Source: Candidatus Firestonebacteria bacterium RIFOXYD2_FULL_39_29
GTDB lineage: Bacteria > Oederibacteriota > D2-FULL-39-29
NCBI GenBank assembly: GCA_001778375.1
Contig: MFGV01000074.1
Span: forward strand, 9,651 to 73,650
Direction: 5' to 3'
Length of the DNA: 64,000 bases
The position numbers and the translations under genes were made by a program. Below the pieces are notes generated by a model. The model ran no database searches, had not been told where the DNA came from, and worked only from the letters and a program-made list of their open reading frames with translations. The number at the start of each line of letters is the position of its first letter. Position 1 is the first letter of the stretch. Of the stretch, positions 40,264 through 50,430 are shown piece after piece.

Positions 40264-41913
40264 ATGCCAAAAGAAGATTTTAGTAGCTGGTCAAGAGAAG
40301 AATTATTAACAGAAATTAAAAAGCTAAGGAAGCGAAAAAAATATGGTATGGTGTGGGAAGATAAACCGGAGCAAGTTGCCGAGCTTTGTAAAAACAAACT
40401 CCCTGTCTTAATAGAACAACACGATAAAATAATAGAAACCAATAAAGACCTCCCTGTTAATATTTTAATTGAAGGTGACAATTATCATGCCTTGTCAGTC
40501 TTAAATTATACACATAAAAATAAAATCGATGTCATATATATAGATCCTCCTTATAATACTCGAGCAAAGGATTGGAAATATAATAACGACTACGTTGATG
40601 AAAACGATGATTATAGGCATAGCAAATGGCTCTCGATGATGAATAAAAGAATAATTTTAGCTAAGAATCTCTTAAGAAGGGACGGAGTTCTAATAGCAAC
40701 AATTGATGATCATGAATTATTGGGGTTGCTCGGATTGTTAGAAGGTGTAAATGCCAAGAATATTGGTATAGTTTCAATTTGTATTAAACCTGAAGGAAGA
40801 CGTCAAAGCAAATATATAATGGAAGCACACGAATATGCATTATTTGTAACATGGGGTACCCCGATTACCAGAGGTCTAAATGTAGACTTTGGTTTAGATT
40901 TTCCAGAAAAAGATCCGGTATCCAATTTCCGATGGGAAGGGTTGATGCGAAGAGACGCTTCGCGTGAGGACAGAGGGTCAGACTACTGGTATGCATTCCA
41001 TGTTTCTAAAGAAGGTAAAATATTTTTTGAGCCAGGTAAAGGAACGAGTGAAGTTTGGCCAATAAATGTTAAAGGGATTGAGAGGGTTTGGCTTTGGGAC
41101 AAACAAAGAGCAAAAGACAATGTGGGCGAGCTTAGTGCTGTTGTTCGAAAAGAAAGAATAACTATCTATTACAAACGTCGTGAACTTGGTCGTGTAAAAC
41201 CAACATCGTTTTGGCATGGAAGTAAGTATAATGCTAATGCATACGGCACGCGTCTTTTAAAGACGATCCTCCCAGAAACAAATTTTGATTACCCTAAAAG
41301 CTTGTACTCTGTTATGGATTGCATAGATTTGTTTCTTCCGAAGAATGGTATAGTTCTGGATTATTTTGCAGGATCTGGAACCACTGGTCATGCTGTCTTA
41401 ATGCTTAATAATGAAGACAAGGGTAGTAGAAAATTTATTGTCTGCACTAATAATGAAAATAAAATTGCAGAAGGTGTATGCTATCCAAGAATAAAAAGAG
41501 TAATAAAAGGTCTTAAAGGGCACGATGATATAACTGGAATGCCTGCAAATTTAAAGTATTATAAGACAGATTTTGTGGACGCTTCTCCGACTGATAAGAG
41601 TAAAAAGATGTTAGTTGATAAATCAACGGAAATGTTGTGTCTAAAAGAATATTGTTTTGAGGAAGTAAAAAAAGGTAAAGAATATAGAATATTCAAAGAT
41701 TCACAAAATAAGCATTTAGGTATAGTTTATGATGATGAGGGAATTGAGGATATTAAGAAGGAAATAAGAAAGATTAATAAATTAGTTGTTATATACGTTT
41801 TCTCACTTGACGAGAATGCGAGGGAAGAGGAATTTGAAGACATAAAACATCTTGTAGAATTAAAACCTATACCAGCAGTAATTTTGAATGTTTATAAGAG
41901 GATATTCAAATGA
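40264..41913 (+). CDS. mod: Type III-like R-M DNA methyltransferase (beta-class amino-MTase)
   Basis: KKYGMVWE, IEGDNYHAL, IYIDPPYNT, HSKWLSMM, DYFAGSGTTGHA. Confidence 0.92.
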   Translation: MPKEDFSSWSREELLTEIKKLRKRKKYGMVWEDKPEQVAELCKNKLPVLIEQHDKIIETNKDLPVNILIEGDNYHALSVLNYTHKNKIDVIYIDPPYNTRAKDWKYNNDYVDENDDYRHSKWLSMMNKRIILAKNLLRRDGVLIATIDDHELLGLLGLLEGVNAKNIGIVSICIKPEGRRQSKYIMEAHEYALFVTWGTPITRGLNVDFGLDFPEKDPVSNFRWEGLMRRDASREDRGSDYWYAFHVSKEGKIFFEPGKGTSEVWPINVKGIERVWLWDKQRAKDNVGELSAVVRKERITIYYKRRELGRVKPTSFWHGSKYNANAYGTRLLKTILPETNFDYPKSLYSVMDCIDLFLPKNGIVLDYFAGSGTTGHAVLMLNNEDKGSRKFIVCTNNENKIAEGVCYPRIKRVIKGLKGHDDITGMPANLKYYKTDFVDASPTDKSKKMLVDKSTEMLCLKEYCFEEVKKGKEYRIFKDSQNKHLGIVYDDEGIEDIKKEIRKINKLVVIYVFSLDENAREEEFEDIKHLVELKPIPAVILNVYKRIFK

Positions 41914-44102
41914 TCGAATTAAAGGAGTATCAAAAAATAGCTATAGAAGGTCTTAAGAATAAAACAGAAAAGCTATTAAGATCTCCAGAAAATGAAGTGA
42001 TCATTTTTCAAGCTCCTACAGGCTCTGGAAAAACTGTAATGGTGTCAGAGCTGTTAAAAGAAATAGTGCGGAATAAGAAGGGTGATAAAAGTTATTCATT
42101 TGTCTGGGTGTCAGTTAGAATGCTTCATGAACAAAGCAAAGAAAAGTTAGAAAAATATTACGAAGATGATAGGCTAATAAAGTGCTCATACTTTGAAGAC
42201 TTGGAAGACAGGAAGATAAACGAAAATGAAATTTTGTTTATTAACTGGCACAGCATAAACAAGAAAGACATAAATATATTTGTAAAAGAAAATGAGCGAG
42301 ATAATAATTTGAATAGTATTATTCGGAACACAAAAGAGGAAGGAAGAACTGTAATATTAGTTATTGACGAAAGCCATCATTCCGCAAATTCAGAGAAGTC
42401 AAAAGAATTAATAGAAGTTATTGGCCCTAAAGTAACCATAGAGGTTTCTGCTACACCTCATCTAACTGACAAAGTCTCTGAGATTGAGAAAGTCCATTTA
42501 ACTGATGTTAAATCTGAAGAAATGATTAAGATGGAAATTGTTGTTAATCCTGAATTTAAAAGTATCCAAGTCGGGTCAAAAAGTGCTGACGAACTGGTAA
42601 TTGATCAGGCATTAAAGAAGAGAAAAGATTTGAAATTAATGTTCGAGAACGAAGGTTCAAATATTAATCCGCTTGTGTTAATTCAATTGCCAGACAGTAA
42701 AGGAGATTTGATTAACAAAAAAGAAGATGTGGAAAAAATTCTAGAATCAAAAGGAATTACTGAAAAGAACGGGAAATTAGCAATATGGTTGTCAGAAGAA
42801 AAAACTGATACTTTACCAAATATAGAAAAAAATGATAATGACGTAGAGGTCTTGGTATTTAAGCAAGCTATTGCGTTAGGTTGGGATTGCCCAAGAGCAT
42901 CAATTCTGGTGATATTTAGAGAATTGAAAAGTTTTGTTTTTACTATACAGACGATCGGCAGGATTATGAGAATGCCAGAGTTGCGTTATTATGTTAAGAA
43001 TGAGGAACTGAATAAAGGATTTGTTTTTACAAATCTGCCAAGCATTGAAATAACAGAGGATTACGCAAAAGACTATATATCAATATATGAAGGTAAAAGA
43101 GATAACAAGTTGTATGAGGAATTAGCCTTGTCATCAGTTTTCATGAAAAGGCAAAGAGAAAGAACACGTTTGTCAGGGGCCTTTACGAGAATATTTGTGA
43201 CGGTGGCTGATGTGAACAAATTACAAAATAAAATTAATGTGGACAAATCTAAAATTATCAATCCAATAATATCAGATGGGAAGATAAAAGATGTGGATAA
43301 ACCTGGGAAGATAGAGGACAAGGGCCAGGTGTATTTGACTTTAAGTGAGAAGGAATTGCAAGAAAAATTTGATAGATTTATCATTCAGAATTGTTCTCCT
43401 TATGCTCCAGTTGATTCAAGTGATAGAATGAAAACAGCTATATACCAATACTTTAAGCAAAAATACAAAATAGAAAAGTATGATCCAAAGGTTCAGGGTA
43501 TAGTCTTAGGGAAGGAGAATGAACAAGCATTTGTGGATGTTATAAACCTTGCAAAGGAGCGATACAAAAAAGAAGTCATAGAAAAACTATCCGAAACAAA
43601 GGAAAAGGAAGAGACGCCGGAATGGGAAGTTCCAATAGTCATTAACTATAACAAAAGGTATAAAAAAGAAGACCATGAGAAGTCTATTATTAAACCATTC
43701 TATGTGTCTGAACAAAGTGATCCCGAGAGAAAGTTTGTAGAATTGCTTGACAAATCTAGTAAGGTAAAATGGTGGTATAAGAACGGAGAGGGCGAGGTTA
43801 AATATTTTGCAGTACCGTACAAGGATGAGAATGGCATAGAAAGAAGTTTTTATGTTGATTTTGTAGTTAAATTTAAAGATGGCAGGATTGGACTATTTGA
43901 TACTAAAAGCGGAATGACAGCAGAACAGGCTGGCCCAAGAGCGGAAGGCTTACAAAAATACATTAAGAAGGAATTGAAAAAAGTAAAAAAGCTTGAGGGT
44001 GGAATAGTCATATCTGTTAAAAATAGTTGGAGAGTTAATAGTAACGATAAGTACAAATATAATAAAGATGACCTCTCGGAATGGAAAATCTTGGACATAT
44101 AG
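41910..44102 (+). CDS. res: Type III-like restriction subunit (SF2 helicase + PD-(D/E)xK nuclease)
   Basis: QAPTGSGKT, IDESH, SATP, GWDCPRA, QTIGR, C-terminal FYVDF...FDTK; ATGA overlap with mod. Confidence 0.88.
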   Translation: MIELKEYQKIAIEGLKNKTEKLLRSPENEVIIFQAPTGSGKTVMVSELLKEIVRNKKGDKSYSFVWVSVRMLHEQSKEKLEKYYEDDRLIKCSYFEDLEDRKINENEILFINWHSINKKDINIFVKENERDNNLNSIIRNTKEEGRTVILVIDESHHSANSEKSKELIEVIGPKVTIEVSATPHLTDKVSEIEKVHLTDVKSEEMIKMEIVVNPEFKSIQVGSKSADELVIDQALKKRKDLKLMFENEGSNINPLVLIQLPDSKGDLINKKEDVEKILESKGITEKNGKLAIWLSEEKTDTLPNIEKNDNDVEVLVFKQAIALGWDCPRASILVIFRELKSFVFTIQTIGRIMRMPELRYYVKNEELNKGFVFTNLPSIEITEDYAKDYISIYEGKRDNKLYEELALSSVFMKRQRERTRLSGAFTRIFVTVADVNKLQNKINVDKSKIINPIISDGKIKDVDKPGKIEDKGQVYLTLSEKELQEKFDRFIIQNCSPYAPVDSSDRMKTAIYQYFKQKYKIEKYDPKVQGIVLGKENEQAFVDVINLAKERYKKEVIEKLSETKEKEETPEWEVPIVINYNKRYKKEDHEKSIIKPFYVSEQSDPERKFVELLDKSSKVKWWYKNGEGEVKYFAVPYKDENGIERSFYVDFVVKFKDGRIGLFDTKSGMTAEQAGPRAEGLQKYIKKELKKVKKLEGGIVISVKNSWRVNSNDKYKYNKDDLSEWKILDI

Positions 44103-44196
44103 GGTTTGCCCTTCCTTTTGTAATCCCTTAATATAAAATTATATTAAAACTATTTTAACGTGTAAAAACGGCGTTTGCTCTCGAAATTGCCCCGTT
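44103..44196 (+). other. Composite site B (direct repeat of site A)
   Basis: Same motifs at the same offsets as A (core 44129-44145); starts right after the res stop. Confidence 0.65.
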
Positions 44197-44252
44197 AAAG
44201 TGTTGACTACTAAGCCATTATCTCGTTAAGGTCAAAATACCTTATTTTGATA

Positions 44253-44288
44253 TTGAGATTATACGGGAAGTAATATATAATTATATTA
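44253..44288 (+). promoter_or_regulatory. sigma70 promoter overlapped by a TAATATA-N4-TATATTA palindrome
   Basis: TTGAGA-17-TATAAT; the palindrome at 44271-44288 matches the A/B core at 16 of 17 positions. Confidence 0.6.
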
Positions 44289-44299
44289 AGGTAAATGAA

Positions 44300-44542
44300 A
44301 TGAAAAAGAATGAAGTTTTTAAAGTACACGTGCCAATGAACGCGGAACTAACTAAGTGGTTAGAGAATATTGGTATTGATGCCAGAGAACTTGGTGGGTT
44401 CAGGATACCAAAAACCTCAATAATTAAGGCTTGTATAAGAGCGGTTATGAAGTACGATATAGACCTGAGCAAAGTTAAGACCGAAGAAGACTTAGTAAAG
44501 AAAATTGAAAAAGCTATAGAAGTCAGTAAAAAGAAGCGATAG
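44300..44542 (+). CDS. Small RHH-like DNA-binding protein
   Basis: 80 aa, N-terminal beta strand (KVHVPM), helix, then KTSIIKACIRAV; own promoter and terminator. Confidence 0.55.
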   Translation: MKKNEVFKVHVPMNAELTKWLENIGIDARELGGFRIPKTSIIKACIRAVMKYDIDLSKVKTEEDLVKKIEKAIEVSKKKR

Positions 44543-44576
44543 AGGACTCTGTTATTCGGAGTCCTCTATTTTTTTA
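44540..44576 (+). terminator. Intrinsic terminator
   Basis: ATAGAGGACTCTG...CGGAGTCCTCTAT followed by a T run. Confidence 0.8.
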
Positions 44577-44622
44577 TAAAGACAATATGCCCATTAGGGC
44601 AGATGGGCAAGGAGACGGATAG

Positions 44623-45645
44623 ATGAAGTCAAAAACGGTACTACTTAATAAAGGAGAGATGAAATATGTTGATAACATAGATAAAACTATTAAAGATAAT
44701 AACGGTAAAGGAATAGGTAAAGGCAAGGTAATAAGAGCCATCATAAAAGCAGTTAAAAGCAAAGAGCTTGGAAATGTCGCCATTAAGAAAGCCAAGAATA
44801 TTTTAACCCTATTAATACTTACCTTCCTTTTGACCGGAATAGGTTTTGCTGAGGAAAAGATAAATGTTGCAGTGTTAAGCTTTGAGTCGAAGAATGTATC
44901 AGAGACTGACACTTCAATATTTGTAAGTTTATTTAGACACGATCTTTACAGGACAAATAAATACTTAGTGATAGGAAGAGACAAGATGGAGGATGTTTTA
45001 AAAGAACAGAAGCTCCAGATGACAGGGTGTACCTCAAGCGAGTGTGCAGTGGAAGTCGGCAAGTTACTTAATGTTCGAAAGATATTTATTGGCGACATAA
45101 ACGAGTTAGGCGGAATCTATTATATTACAGTTAGACTTCTTGACGTAGAAAGCGGTAGCGTAGATAAGTCAGAAAGAATCAGGTGCGAATCAAAAAATGA
45201 CTTCGAAGAATGTAGCGTTAAACTGGCATCTAATATTACAGGGGTTCAATTAAAATATGAACGTATGAAAACAAGTCAATATTTGTCTGAAACAAATAAA
45301 TATTCAGAGATAGTTAAGCCCTCGAAACCTTTAGACGCATGGGCATGGATAGCTGGCGGATTTGCTATTGCAACAGCAGGGAGCTACTTAAATGCTTCTA
45401 ATGAATATGATTTATATCAAAAGGCGCAGAGTAATGAGTCAGCACTTGATCATAAAACTAAAACGCAGACATGGGATACGGCAACGCTGGCATGCGGAAT
45501 TGGGACAGGGGTGTTTGGGTTGATTGCATTAATTACTAATACATCAACAGAAAGTAATGTGTCGGAATTGGATAATGACAAAATACATTTAGTATGCAAA
45601 CCTTCCTTTGACGGAATAAGCATAGCATTATGCGGGAGGTTTTAA
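44623..45645 (+). CDS. RHH-paralog N-terminus + signal/TM segment + CsgG/HfaB-like domain + C-terminal hydrophobic helices
   Basis: VAVLSF, R..M..VL.EQ.LQ.TGC....CA.EVGKLL.V, VRLLDVESG; N-terminus aligns with the 44300 protein. Confidence 0.65.
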   Translation: MKSKTVLLNKGEMKYVDNIDKTIKDNNGKGIGKGKVIRAIIKAVKSKELGNVAIKKAKNILTLLILTFLLTGIGFAEEKINVAVLSFESKNVSETDTSIFVSLFRHDLYRTNKYLVIGRDKMEDVLKEQKLQMTGCTSSECAVEVGKLLNVRKIFIGDINELGGIYYITVRLLDVESGSVDKSERIRCESKNDFEECSVKLASNITGVQLKYERMKTSQYLSETNKYSEIVKPSKPLDAWAWIAGGFAIATAGSYLNASNEYDLYQKAQSNESALDHKTKTQTWDTATLACGIGTGVFGLIALITNTSTESNVSELDNDKIHLVCKPSFDGISIALCGRF

Positions 45646-45646
45646 A

Positions 45647-46024
45647 GTGAAGCCAATTAATAGAATAACGGTAGTACTAATATTAAGCGTTTTGATAGGT
45701 GTTGGATGTACCCGTAGTTGGAACAATCCTTATGATTCAATAAATCTCGCAACAAAAATACAGGCATACAAACCGAATATAACTACGATTGGAAATACTT
45801 CAACCACTATGAGATTAACTTGGAATATAAAATATGGGGAAGAATGGACAAGCTCATATACGAGTAACATCTATAGAGATGGGGTGAAAATAGGAACAAC
45901 CACTGCAACATATTATGAGGATTATCCAGTTGTTATCGGGACGACATATTCTTATCAAAGGACTATTTCTGGAGAAGGGGTAGAAAGTTTAAAAAGTGAC
46001 GTCGCAATCTATAAAGCGAATTAA
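45647..46024 (+). CDS. Lipoprotein with FN3-like domain
   Basis: Lipobox VGC, R.WNNPYD, LTW, NIYRDG..IG, YED..V..GTTYSY. Confidence 0.7.
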   Translation: MKPINRITVVLILSVLIGVGCTRSWNNPYDSINLATKIQAYKPNITTIGNTSTTMRLTWNIKYGEEWTSSYTSNIYRDGVKIGTTTATYYEDYPVVIGTTYSYQRTISGEGVESLKSDVAIYKAN

Positions 46025-46038
46025 GAATGAGGTGCGTT

Positions 46039-46734
46039 ATGAGTAGAAAAGATGTTGGCTTGTTTATATTAGGGCTAGTAATTGTATTTGTTGGAGGTTG
46101 TGGACAAGGTGAAATTGAAAAACTAAAATCAGAGAATGCTTCATTGAAGAATGAGATCAAGTGTTTAAAAGAGACGGCAGATTATCATTATAAGGAAGGT
46201 GTTTTATTATTGAAGGATAAGTCATATTATAATGCGAAAACGGAGTTTGAAGCTGTAATTGAGAAGTATCCAACGAGTTCTTTAGTTGCATCTTCAAGGG
46301 AGCGTTTAACTGAAATTAATAGGGAGTTGGTAAGGGTCGAGGCGGAAAGGATCGCTGGAGAAAAGCGTAGACAAGAAGAAGAAAAATACAAGCCAAAAGA
46401 AGATCGGGATGCAAAAGATGAATGGGTCAACTTTCGTAGTGCTGAGGAAAAATACAAAGGAACCGTTACAACTTGGAGATTTAAAGTGAGTTACATTTCA
46501 AGGGAAAATCCCTTGGGTCGTCTGGCTTCGAGTTACAGGGATAATAATAGCTATAGTGTTAGTGTTCTTGGTCCAGAGGGGTATACATATCAATGTGCTG
46601 TTATGTTAAAAAAAGTTCCAGAAGTTAAGGAAGACGATTGGATGGTCGTTACTGGGAAATTTGAATACGTTTCTTCAGACAACGTTGTAGTACTAAGTCC
46701 TATTAAGGTAATTAACGAAGGTTTCAAGAAATAA
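46039..46734 (+). CDS. Lipoprotein with coiled coil, TPR-like helix pair and OB-fold-like C-terminus
   Basis: Lipobox GGC, Y..A...F..VI.KYP.S, KYKG...., EDD..VVTG.F. Confidence 0.65.
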   Translation: MSRKDVGLFILGLVIVFVGGCGQGEIEKLKSENASLKNEIKCLKETADYHYKEGVLLLKDKSYYNAKTEFEAVIEKYPTSSLVASSRERLTEINRELVRVEAERIAGEKRRQEEEKYKPKEDRDAKDEWVNFRSAEEKYKGTVTTWRFKVSYISRENPLGRLASSYRDNNSYSVSVLGPEGYTYQCAVMLKKVPEVKEDDWMVVTGKFEYVSSDNVVVLSPIKVINEGFKK

Positions 46735-46763
46735 AGTAGAACAAAACAAGACAGTTTAAATTT

Positions 46764-46800
46764 AAGAGCCTTGAGGGTTAAAAGCCCAAGAGGCTCTTTC
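46764..46800 (+). terminator. Intrinsic terminator-like hairpin
   Basis: AAGAGCCT..GGG..CCC..AGGCTCTT followed by T-rich sequence. Confidence 0.6.
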
Positions 46801-46818
46801 TATTTGGAGCCAAGAAGA

Positions 46819-47025
46819 ATGCGAGAAAAAGAAGAGTTGGAGACGGAAGCAATCGAGTTGGTGGATATCATGGTTAATGTTTTGAAAGATATGGGCTTCT
46901 CGTATTCAAGGGCGGTGACGGACATTTTAAAAGTAGAGGTATATTGTCACCTTTTTGCCAAGTACGGGAAAAGTAAAGGAAGGATCAATTATAAACGGGC
47001 AAATACGCGAGCAAACGGGGCTTAA
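46819..47025 (+). CDS. Small hypothetical protein
   Basis: GGAG before ATG 46819; the 3' end overlaps site C. Confidence 0.4.
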   Translation: MREKEELETEAIELVDIMVNVLKDMGFSYSRAVTDILKVEVYCHLFAKYGKSKGRINYKRANTRANGA

Positions 47026-47098
47026 GCATGAGATCTCGGATCGCTATAACCAAATATATTATAAGAATAAGAAGAGAAGGAAAACGGGGGTTTAAACG
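46993..47098 (-). other. Composite site C (inverted relative to A/B)
   Basis: Reverse strand reads TAATATA..., CGTTTGC and CCCGTT at offsets within 1 bp of A/B; shares AACCAAATATATTAT and GTTTAAACG with site D. Confidence 0.55.
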
Positions 47099-47155
47099 TG
47101 AAAAAGAATGTTTTTAATATAATGGAAGTAAAAATCGTATTTTTAAGGAGCAGAT

Positions 47156-48808
47156 ATGCAAAAGATCGGAGAGCTGATAAAGACTATCAGTATCAAAGAA
47201 AAGAATGACCTGAGGGAGCACATGGAAACGCAGGTTAAACAAGATAGCATAATAAACGCCGTAGATGAAAAACTGGCAAGCATAGCAAAGATGGGGGATG
47301 TTGAAAAAGGTAGAGAAATTAAGAGCCTGTTGTTTGAGGTCGCAGTCTGGTTGGATGGGGTCGAGTTAGAGATTATCAAGAAGAAGATTATCTCCCAGTT
47401 AGGAATGTCAAGCAAGGTAATAAACGAGTATCTATACGATTGCAGAAAGCAGAGAGTTAAACCCGACAAAGAGATACCTGCCCATATCGTCTGGGAAGAG
47501 CCTAGAATATTTTGTCCCGCCTTGGATTTCATCAACGAAACCGCCTATGTAACAATAACCCTCTATAAGGAAGTAAAAGGTGAGTATTTTGAAGTCCCAT
47601 ATGTTATTGCCAGTAACCGTGAATGTTTCCCGTTAACCAAGGAAGAGATGTATAAGCGGAAACTGATTTATTCGGGATCAACGTATTTACCTGAAAGCAG
47701 GTGGAAGTCCGAAAGTATCCAGAAGTTTTTAAAGAATGAAGAAGGCGAGATTAACGCCTATCAGGTGTTCAATGAAATAAAGGAGTTATACAAACAGTAT
47801 TTAGATTTTGAAGAGACGGCTCTATACGATTTCTTTTCGATATGGTGCATAGGTACATACTTTCATCCATTGTTTTCATCATTCCCTTATTGTTTCCTTT
47901 CAGGGACGAGAGAAAGTGGGAAGTCAAAGTGTTTAAAACTAACGTCAAGATTTGCATTTAACGCAGAGTTTACGGCAAGTTTAAGCACGGCTTCAACGTT
48001 TAGGATAGTAGAAGCCAATCGGAGCAGTTTAATGATTGATGAAATGGAAAATATCAATAGCGGTGATAATCCAGAGTTTAGGAGCGTAATTCTTTCAGGG
48101 TATGAGGCAGGAGCCAGTGTACTAAGGTGTGGAGAAAGAAAAGACGGATTCGAGATACAAAGATTTAGAAGTTATTCACCGAAGGTATTTGCCAATATTG
48201 CAGGGGTGGAAGATGTTCTAGGTAGCAGGGTTATCTATATCACTATGAGCAGGAGTGGCAATAAGGAGATTTCAGAAAGGGAGATATATTTGTTGGATCC
48301 AAAATTTCAAGCTGTAAGAAACAATCTATACTTATTGTTAATGAAACATCATATTGAAATAAAAGACCTGTATATGAATATCCATAACGAGATGAGTTTC
48401 TCCGGTAGGGAATGGCAATTATGGAAGTCAATTTTTACCATAGCAACATTCTTGGATAAGATGGCAGGAACGGACGAGGTGTTTAGAACAATGTTTGACT
48501 TGGCTACGAAAAAGTATGATGAGAAATCCCAGATAGGTGAGGATGAGATGGAGCATCTTATAATCAGTGGATTAATGGAAATGATAGAGGATGTAAAGGA
48601 AGTTCAAGCAACAGAGTTATTCGAGTTCTTTAAACAAAGAAATCCTGACGAGATGTTAGAACTGACCCAGACAAAGTTCGGGAATGTTTTAAGGAGGTTA
48701 AAATGTTTTGAAAAGAAGAGGATGCTAAACGGAAAGAATTACTATTTGTTTAACAGGATAAGATTGGCGGATTTAGCAAAACGCTACCATATTGAAGGAG
48801 GGCAATGA
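47156..48808 (+). CDS. Phage/plasmid replication-type P-loop ATPase (DUF3631-like helicase)
   Basis: W..GTY, Walker A GTRESGKS, Walker B IDEME, GY..G..V.R, YSPK, SR.I.I.M.R. Confidence 0.7.
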   Translation: MQKIGELIKTISIKEKNDLREHMETQVKQDSIINAVDEKLASIAKMGDVEKGREIKSLLFEVAVWLDGVELEIIKKKIISQLGMSSKVINEYLYDCRKQRVKPDKEIPAHIVWEEPRIFCPALDFINETAYVTITLYKEVKGEYFEVPYVIASNRECFPLTKEEMYKRKLIYSGSTYLPESRWKSESIQKFLKNEEGEINAYQVFNEIKELYKQYLDFEETALYDFFSIWCIGTYFHPLFSSFPYCFLSGTRESGKSKCLKLTSRFAFNAEFTASLSTASTFRIVEANRSSLMIDEMENINSGDNPEFRSVILSGYEAGASVLRCGERKDGFEIQRFRSYSPKVFANIAGVEDVLGSRVIYITMSRSGNKEISEREIYLLDPKFQAVRNNLYLLLMKHHIEIKDLYMNIHNEMSFSGREWQLWKSIFTIATFLDKMAGTDEVFRTMFDLATKKYDEKSQIGEDEMEHLIISGLMEMIEDVKEVQATELFEFFKQRNPDEMLELTQTKFGNVLRRLKCFEKKRMLNGKNYYLFNRIRLADLAKRYHIEGGQ

Positions 48809-49134
48809 GTATGTGGGCAAAACCATCAAAAGAAGAGCTTGAAAGCGTTCCAAAGCTGTATGAGCAAGACGGAGAAGGAACTGCTGAGAAAATAGTTTAC
48901 ATGCATTTCTTTGTAGCAAACTGTGACTGGTATATAACCGAGTACGATAGGGTGGATACGTTTTTTGGATTTGCAATTTTAGGCGATCCAGAAATGGCTG
49001 AGTGGGGTTATATAAGCTTCATGGAATTAAAGAATCTGAAAGTATCTTGGCTCGAAGTGGATACGGATAAACATTGGCAAGTCAGGAAAGTAAAAGAAGT
49101 ACCAAAGATCGTCCAAGCTAACGGTTCTTGGTGA
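48805..49134 (+). CDS. DUF2958 family protein
   Basis: P.LYEQ, HFF....WY.TE.D....FG.....EWGY.S..EL, E.D. Confidence 0.8.
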   Translation: MSMWAKPSKEELESVPKLYEQDGEGTAEKIVYMHFFVANCDWYITEYDRVDTFFGFAILGDPEMAEWGYISFMELKNLKVSWLEVDTDKHWQVRKVKEVPKIVQANGSW

Positions 49135-49142
49135 GATATTTG

Positions 49143-49422
49143 CAATAGAGGGTTAGTAGGCAGTTTAAAGATAGTTCAATAGAGGGTTTACGAGGTACCC
49201 AAAATGGTTAAATTATATTTTAAAAGGGCAATTCTAAGAAATAATAGTGGGATAGGTAGTTTATATGAAAAGATAGGATTTGAGAATATTCTATCAGGAG
49301 AAATACGGCACCCTGTTAAAAGGAGAAAAACTATCTCGACCTTATATTCTTATTTATTTAATTATTGTTTCAGGGAGAAACCACCTATTCAACTATCTAT
49401 GAAACCCTATGAAACTATCTAT
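49143..49422. repeat. Iteron-like direct and inverted repeats around an AT-rich centre (putative origin)
   Basis: 49169-49189 vs reverse complement of 49378-49398 (18/21); CAATAGAGGGTT x2; AACTATCT x3. Confidence 0.5.
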
Positions 49423-49720
49423 TTTTACAAATCCCAGAAAAACCTACTCTTTATAATATTTGTTCCTAAAAACTTGGGACAAATAGGAAGAAAGTTAACT
49501 CATGGCATAAAGCAGACGGGAGAGGACGGATTAAAATTTACTCAAGAAGGGGGTGTGATAAATATTTCGGGTTATAGATTGTTAGTGATCATCACTAATG
49601 AGCAAGGGTTTACGGATAAGACTATACCAAAGGAAGTTTTGGTTTTGTTCTAAAAAGGAGGGGTTTTGTTATAGAAAACCAAAGGATACTTGGGGTGTAC
49701 TATAGACGGGACGGATAGGC

Positions 49721-50263
49721 ATGGATAAGAAAATGCGTATAACGGGGGTAAAGATGACAAAAAAGGATAGAATCGAATGGAGCGTGGCAAAAGAACTGGC
49801 GGATAGGGTCTGTAAAGAGCTTGAACCTTGGTGTGAAAGGATAGTTGTGGCAGGGTCTATAAGGCGGATGAAACCAATAGTCGGAGACATTGATTTGATT
49901 GCAAAAACAAAGCAAGAATATACCAGAGAGTTTGTAATGCAAAAGTTCTGCGTTTTAGGAGAACAGATAATAATGAGCGGGATAGTAAAAAGCTCGATAG
50001 TCAAGGAAGGCAAGCAAATTGATTTGAACCTGCTCTTAAGTAATAACAATTGCTCTGGTGCATTTATTCTTCATCACACAGGAGGGTGGATCTCAAATAT
50101 GAAGCTAAGGCAAGTAGCAAAGAACAAGGGTCTAATGTTAAGCCAGTACGGTGTGTTTAAAGTAAGCCCTGATGGGACTCAGGAATTCATAGCAGGAGAG
50201 ACGGAAGAATCAGTTTACAAAGTGTTGGGGCTTCCGTACGTAATTCCTGAACGGAGAGAATAA
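49721..50263 (+). CDS. Minimal family-X DNA polymerase (palm + thumb only)
   Basis: AGSIRR...GDIDL, QIDL, HHTG..SN..LR..A..KG..LSQYG, TEE.VY..LGLPY..PE.RE. Confidence 0.85.
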   Translation: MDKKMRITGVKMTKKDRIEWSVAKELADRVCKELEPWCERIVVAGSIRRMKPIVGDIDLIAKTKQEYTREFVMQKFCVLGEQIIMSGIVKSSIVKEGKQIDLNLLLSNNNCSGAFILHHTGGWISNMKLRQVAKNKGLMLSQYGVFKVSPDGTQEFIAGETEESVYKVLGLPYVIPERRE

Positions 50264-50270
50264 AATGGCG

Positions 50271-50376
50271 AAACATAAGCTAACCTCGTTAATCACTGAA
50301 ATTGAAGGTTATTGTTGGAGCATAAACCAAATATATTATGGGTGGAATGATCGGGTGTATAAACCCCGTTTAAACG
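50271..50376 (-). other. Composite site D (direct repeat of C), upstream of the recombinase gene
   Basis: AACCAAATATATTAT at 50325-50339 and GTTTAAACG at 50368-50376. Confidence 0.5.
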
Positions 50377-50430
50377 AGAATTTGATGGGAGGCATTAAAG
50401 GTATGGAAGGTAATATTGGATACTTAAAAA

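Noticed and set aside
49204..49653. 149-aa ORF
   Set aside because: No recognisable motifs and it runs across iteron-like repeats; probably non-coding, though not excluded
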